A stretch of DNA of 58,030 nt, taken from NCBI GenBank assembly GCA_049317725.1, contig JBMOHS010000003.1, forward strand, positions 1 to 58,030. The letters run 5' to 3'. The translations under genes were made by a program, and so were the position numbers. Shown piece by piece: positions 54,079 to 58,030 of the stretch. This stretch comes from Blastocatellia bacterium. GTDB lineage: Bacteria; Acidobacteriota; Blastocatellia; RBC074. How positions within the stretch are numbered: position 1 is the first letter of the stretch; every line of letters starts with the position of its first letter. Below the pieces are notes generated by a model that was not told the origin of the DNA, searched no databases, and saw only the letters and a list, made by a program, of their open reading frames with translations.

Positions 54079-55227
54079 TCAGGGCGACAAGGAGCTTGGG
54101 CCAGTCTGACAGAGGGTCTCATAGAGACCCCGAATCTGGGCGGCGACGGCGGGCCAACGATAGACGGGCGAGAGGGGAGTGCGGTACCGGTCTGGATCTG
54201 CCATGACCTGCTGGATGGCGGCGCGGATTCCTCCCGGCTGATCTGGATCGCAGCGCAGGCAGTGCTCGAAGGGAGACTGCCTGGCGTATGGGTAGTCGCC
54301 CAGGATGACGGGCAGACCGCAGGCCATGGCCTCAAGGGCGGAGAGGCTTTGTGTCTCACTCGACGAGGGGAGACAAAAGACCCGGGCTGCCCGATAGGCA
54401 CTGGCCAGCAGTGGGTCGTTATAGGCGAGCCCCGGGATCCAGTGGAGATGTGTGTGGGCCTTAATCACCGCCGCAAACTCGTCGGCATAGGCCGACTCAG
54501 CCGGACTTGGATGACCGATGAAGACGCCCTGATACGGCAGATCGGCCAACGTCTTGGCAAGCGGCAGAACGTTCTTTCGCGCGAGAATGCCCGCCGTGCA
54601 GAGCACAAAGTCGCTCACCTGATACCGGGAGACAAATGGCTCGGGACCAACATCGCCCATTCCCGGGTCGACTCCATTTGGAATCACGTGAATCTGCTCT
54701 CGAGAGATCCCATACGTCACCCGCACAAACTCCGCTTCCAACTGATTGAGGCAGATCACTGCTGACGCACGCGCGAAGACCTCTCGCTGCTGTCCATAGC
54801 TGGTCGAGAGCCGCAGCGGCGCGACGAGGGAAGTGGCCATGCGCCAGATCGGCCCACGCCACCAGGCTGCTGTTGGCGCACTGCAAACGGCCGAGACGAC
54901 AATGGGCCATCGGCCGCTCACCTGACGACAGAGATCGACGTAGTTCCCCGTCGAACCGAACAGATGGAGGAGGTCAAAACGGTCCGTCTGGTCGAAAGCG
55001 GGCAGCGGCAGCGCCTCCACGCCAAGAGCCTGGAGGGCGTTCGCAGTGCGTAACGCTCGAATCTCCAACCCACCCGGGCTGACGCTCGTGGGAAACATCG
55101 AGACGAGGCGAACTCGAAGCAGTGGAGCTTTGTGAACTGTCACAGAGTCGATCACAACCACCTCCCCATCAGCAATGAGTGGGCCCATTCCAGCGAATTG
55201 TTTGGAGGTAACTACCCATGGCATCAA
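54079..55227 (-). CDS. Glycosyltransferase family 4 (true start probably nearer 55100-55125)
   Basis: VIPNGVD, RKN, FCLPSSSETQSLSALEAMACGLP. Confidence 0.88.
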   Translation of the reverse strand: MMPWVVTSKQFAGMGPLIADGEVVVIDSVTVHKAPLLRVRLVSMFPTSVSPGGLEIRALRTANALQALGVEALPLPAFDQTDRFDLLHLFGSTGNYVDLCRQVSGRWPIVVSAVCSAPTAAWWRGPIWRMATSLVAPLRLSTSYGQQREVFARASAVICLNQLEAEFVRVTYGISREQIHVIPNGVDPGMGDVGPEPFVSRYQVSDFVLCTAGILARKNVLPLAKTLADLPYQGVFIGHPSPAESAYADEFAAVIKAHTHLHWIPGLAYNDPLLASAYRAARVFCLPSSSETQSLSALEAMACGLPVILGDYPYARQSPFEHCLRCDPDQPGGIRAAIQQVMADPDRYRTPLSPVYRWPAVAAQIRGLYETLCQTGPSSLSP

Positions 55228-55391
55228 TGAACTTCAAGGGGTCCTATCTTCTTCTCGGTGATCTCTGTGCTCTCTCGTGCAATCATCTCTTCCTCACCGT
55301 GAGCGGTTACGTTTGGAGTATTGTTTTGAATCCCCGGTCAACAGCAGGCATCATCAAAGAGGGCGACAGATGAGCCTGCCACTGCCCCCCC

Positions 55392-56810
55392 TTAACGATT
55401 CGGCCCTTCTTGCTCCCCTAGAAAACGGTCAATGAGCCACCAACCAGGCAGGAGAAAGAAGATCCCGTACCCGAGAACCGTCGCCCACACGGCCCCGGCC
55501 GGGCCCCCCCAGAAAGTCAAGACCAGTTTCAGCCCCAGCGCGACAAGCGAGGCGGTCAAGTAGATCAACAGTTGCCCCCGAATCAACCCCGGTTGATTGA
55601 GGAGGAGCGTTAGGGCACCGCCCACTGCCCCACTGATCGAATAGAGTGCAAAGCCACTCAGCAAGAAGGGAGACGGGAGAAGAGCAGCCCCAACCCACCA
55701 GCGGACCAGCGTCTCTCCACCGACCCAGAGGACAATTCCGGAGAAGGTGCCAAGGATCAGACTGGCCTGAATGGATCGACTCAAGGCCTGCCGGACCCAC
55801 CTCCAATCTTGGCGCGCGAAGGCTTCACCGTAGGCCGGCCAGAGCGGAGAGAGCAGATGCTGGCTGAGAAACCCGAAAAAGAAGAGTCGCTGGACAACCG
55901 AGAAAGAGGCGACCGCCTCAGGACCGTGAAAATAGGCAATAATCAGGGGATCGACCGTCACCCCCAACACCGTCAGCAACTGGAGAAGAAAGTAGACCCC
56001 TCCCAGGCGGAGCAGTCGTCTGGTCACCCCCCGATCGACCCGCTGCCAGGAGGGAAGCAGCCACCGACGCTGCCGGAGGAGGAGGTCGGCGCCCTGTACC
56101 AGCGTGACGATCGCAGGTGGACTCAACATCGCCACGACTAACCAAGGCAGACTCACTTGGCGGTAGACTGCGGCGCCCAGTCCCACGAGCCCGGCCAAGG
56201 TCCCGCCCATCTGCCAAAGACTATGTCGTCCTCCCTCTTGATACCCCACCCGGATGCGCTCGATGAGGTTGAGGGGGAGCGACAAGAGAAAGAAGAACAG
56301 AAAAGCGGCCAGCGTCGGGGTCACCTCGGCCATCGCCTCAGTGGTCCTGATCTGAAAAAGCTCCGGCCAGGAGATCCAACTCCCCAAGAACCAGCCGAGG
56401 CAGCCGAGAAGCGATGCGGCGACCACCATCAGAAAGAAGGCGCTACTGACCAACTGGGCGGCCTCTTCGCGATCTTCGCGCCCATTGGCCTTGGCCAGGG
56501 AGGTGACAAGTCCATTGCCAATTCCCAAGTCCATAAAATGTAACGAAGCAATCAGCGAGCTGAGACTGACCCATAGTCCATAGCGCTCAACGCCAAGATG
56601 GCGCAGCGTCAAGGGAACGGAGATGAGCAGCGAGAGGGCATGCAGCCCTCTCGACATCAACGCCCCCCCACCGGCGAGCAGGGCTCGGCGATAACGATCC
56701 TGGGATCGCTGGTCCTGTATCGGGGAGTCCTGGGATTCCCCCCGCCGCAGCCACCCCGCCGTTCTTCCGGCCCACTCCCCCCGGTTCATCGTCCTTCCCT
56801 GACCTTCCAT
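55392..56810 (-). CDS. Wzx-type oligosaccharide flippase
   Basis: VPLTLRHLGVERYGLW, DLGIGNGL, about 12 TM helices. Confidence 0.85.
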   Translation of the reverse strand: MEGQGRTMNRGEWAGRTAGWLRRGESQDSPIQDQRSQDRYRRALLAGGGALMSRGLHALSLLISVPLTLRHLGVERYGLWVSLSSLIASLHFMDLGIGNGLVTSLAKANGREDREEAAQLVSSAFFLMVVAASLLGCLGWFLGSWISWPELFQIRTTEAMAEVTPTLAAFLFFFLLSLPLNLIERIRVGYQEGGRHSLWQMGGTLAGLVGLGAAVYRQVSLPWLVVAMLSPPAIVTLVQGADLLLRQRRWLLPSWQRVDRGVTRRLLRLGGVYFLLQLLTVLGVTVDPLIIAYFHGPEAVASFSVVQRLFFFGFLSQHLLSPLWPAYGEAFARQDWRWVRQALSRSIQASLILGTFSGIVLWVGGETLVRWWVGAALLPSPFLLSGFALYSISGAVGGALTLLLNQPGLIRGQLLIYLTASLVALGLKLVLTFWGGPAGAVWATVLGYGIFFLLPGWWLIDRFLGEQEGPNR

Positions 56811-56835
56811 CTATCTGACGTCTCGCGAGGTTTGT

Positions 56836-58030
56836 TCACGACAAGCCTTCCTCGGCAGGCGTGATCATGGCCGTTATCAGCAGAAAGAGCAGCGCATTGG
56901 AGGGGATCTGAAGGTTGAAATCGACCCAACTGTGGAGTGCCAGCCCCACCAGTGCGATCCACGCTCCGTAGAAGATCGCCGGATCCCCCCGGCCCACCGT
57001 GGCCATCTGTCTGACCTGAGCCCGCCACAAATGGACAGCGAGGATGAGAAAAGCGAGCAGGAGTCCTCCCCCGATCATCCCCGTCTCCACCAGCAGATGG
57101 AGATAGTCGTTGTGAACCTCCTCGACCCGTTCGAGTTGCGCCGATGAGCTGCCATACCTTGGATAGACGCTGGGAAATGCCCCTACTCCGACTCCTGTCA
57201 GCGGGTGGTCCAGCAGGATCCGCCAAGCAGCCTTCCAGTAGGCCAGCCGCGTCACTACCGAATAGTCTCGTGCTCCCTGCTCGAAGGTCGCGAGCCTCGT
57301 CAGCAACGACTGCGAGCCGATCCACCAGCTGAGCACAACGACCGCTCCCGCTCCAATCAAGAGGGTCCATCCTTGCCGTCCGCGGGGGCCACCCCGGGAT
57401 CGACCGGCGTGGCGCCGCCAGGGTTGCCTCATCAGCAAGATCCCGAAGAGCAAGAGCTGTCCCCCCATCGCCAGGAGCCCTCCGCGTGAGATGGAGAGAA
57501 TTCCCGCAACCAGCAACACAAGGGTCGACAGACGAAAGAGCACTCGTGAATCGCTCCTCTGCTCCCGAAGGAAGAGGAGGCTCGCCAAAGGCAGCGGAAA
57601 GAGCAGCTCGACGAACCCCGCAAAATGGTTGTAATTCGCAAAGGGACCGAAGGGGGCGACATAGTCCGAGACGGGACGGATCCAGTAGAGGGTGCGCGGG
57701 GAGGTCAGCCGTTGCAGAATGGCCAAGCAAGCGACCACTAACCCAAATGCCGCCAGCACTTGGACGGTCATTCGTCGCCGCGACGAGGTTCGCAGAACCT
57801 GCAATGCCGCGCTGAAATAGAGGTTGAACGAGAAGAGCTTGAAGGCGGCCGCCCGGGTCAGATGGGGCGCTTCGGAGATGGTGACCAATCGCAACTGCTC
57901 CATCGACAATCCCTCGGGTGGAACAGTGCCCGTCGCGCCGACCTCACCCGTCAACGGGAGCATCTGACAAACTGCACAGAGCAGCCATCCCCAGAGCGGG
58001 AGCGCCAACCACTGGCGCGACCACTCGAAG
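56836..58030 (-). CDS. O-antigen ligase (WaaL/Wzy_C) family protein, 5' end probably beyond the window
   Basis: GPFANYNHFAG, SISRGG, HPLTGVGVGAF, HNDYL, LHSWVDFNLQIPSN. Confidence 0.88.
   Translation of the reverse strand, partial: FEWSRQWLALPLWGWLLCAVCQMLPLTGEVGATGTVPPEGLSMEQLRLVTISEAPHLTRAAAFKLFSFNLYFSAALQVLRTSSRRRMTVQVLAAFGLVVACLAILQRLTSPRTLYWIRPVSDYVAPFGPFANYNHFAGFVELLFPLPLASLLFLREQRSDSRVLFRLSTLVLLVAGILSISRGGLLAMGGQLLLFGILLMRQPWRRHAGRSRGGPRGRQGWTLLIGAGAVVVLSWWIGSQSLLTRLATFEQGARDYSVVTRLAYWKAAWRILLDHPLTGVGVGAFPSVYPRYGSSSAQLERVEEVHNDYLHLLVETGMIGGGLLLAFLILAVHLWRAQVRQMATVGRGDPAIFYGAWIALVGLALHSWVDFNLQIPSNALLFLLITAMITPAEEGLS

Overview
A GC-rich chromosomal window from a diderm bacterium. The lolD-clpC-bamA-skp gene order and the two CarboxypepD_reg-type TonB-dependent receptors suggest Acidobacteriota (inference). 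It is mostly core genome: an outer-membrane/lipid A block (lolD, clpC-like, bamA, 2x skp, lpxD, fabZ, lpxA, lpxI), sixA, a convergent DsbA/VKOR pair, GDPD, bcp, groES-groEL with a clear sigma70 promoter and CIRCE box, purC, PBP1A, a phoH-ybeY-corC-era-prmA-rsmE operon, msrA, and the edge of a surface-glycan locus. I saw no rRNA, tRNA, CRISPR array, integrase or transposase. The strongest candidate for an undescribed system is the co-oriented cluster at 29.5-39.1 kb. It encodes an exported CocE/NonD hydrolase, a TonB-dependent receptor, a twin-arginine-signal SelA/DgaE-like PLP enzyme, a LctP-family permease and a signal-peptide-bearing RraA/HMG-aldolase-like protein, which together look like a periplasmic catabolic pathway. 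Other leads are a purC leader with mutually exclusive helices beside the RBS, lolD coupled to an unknown protein instead of lolC/E, a membrane protease with a degenerate FHA domain, two probable leaderless genes, and several short tandem repeats at gene starts. All product calls come from motif recognition by eye; no database search was run.
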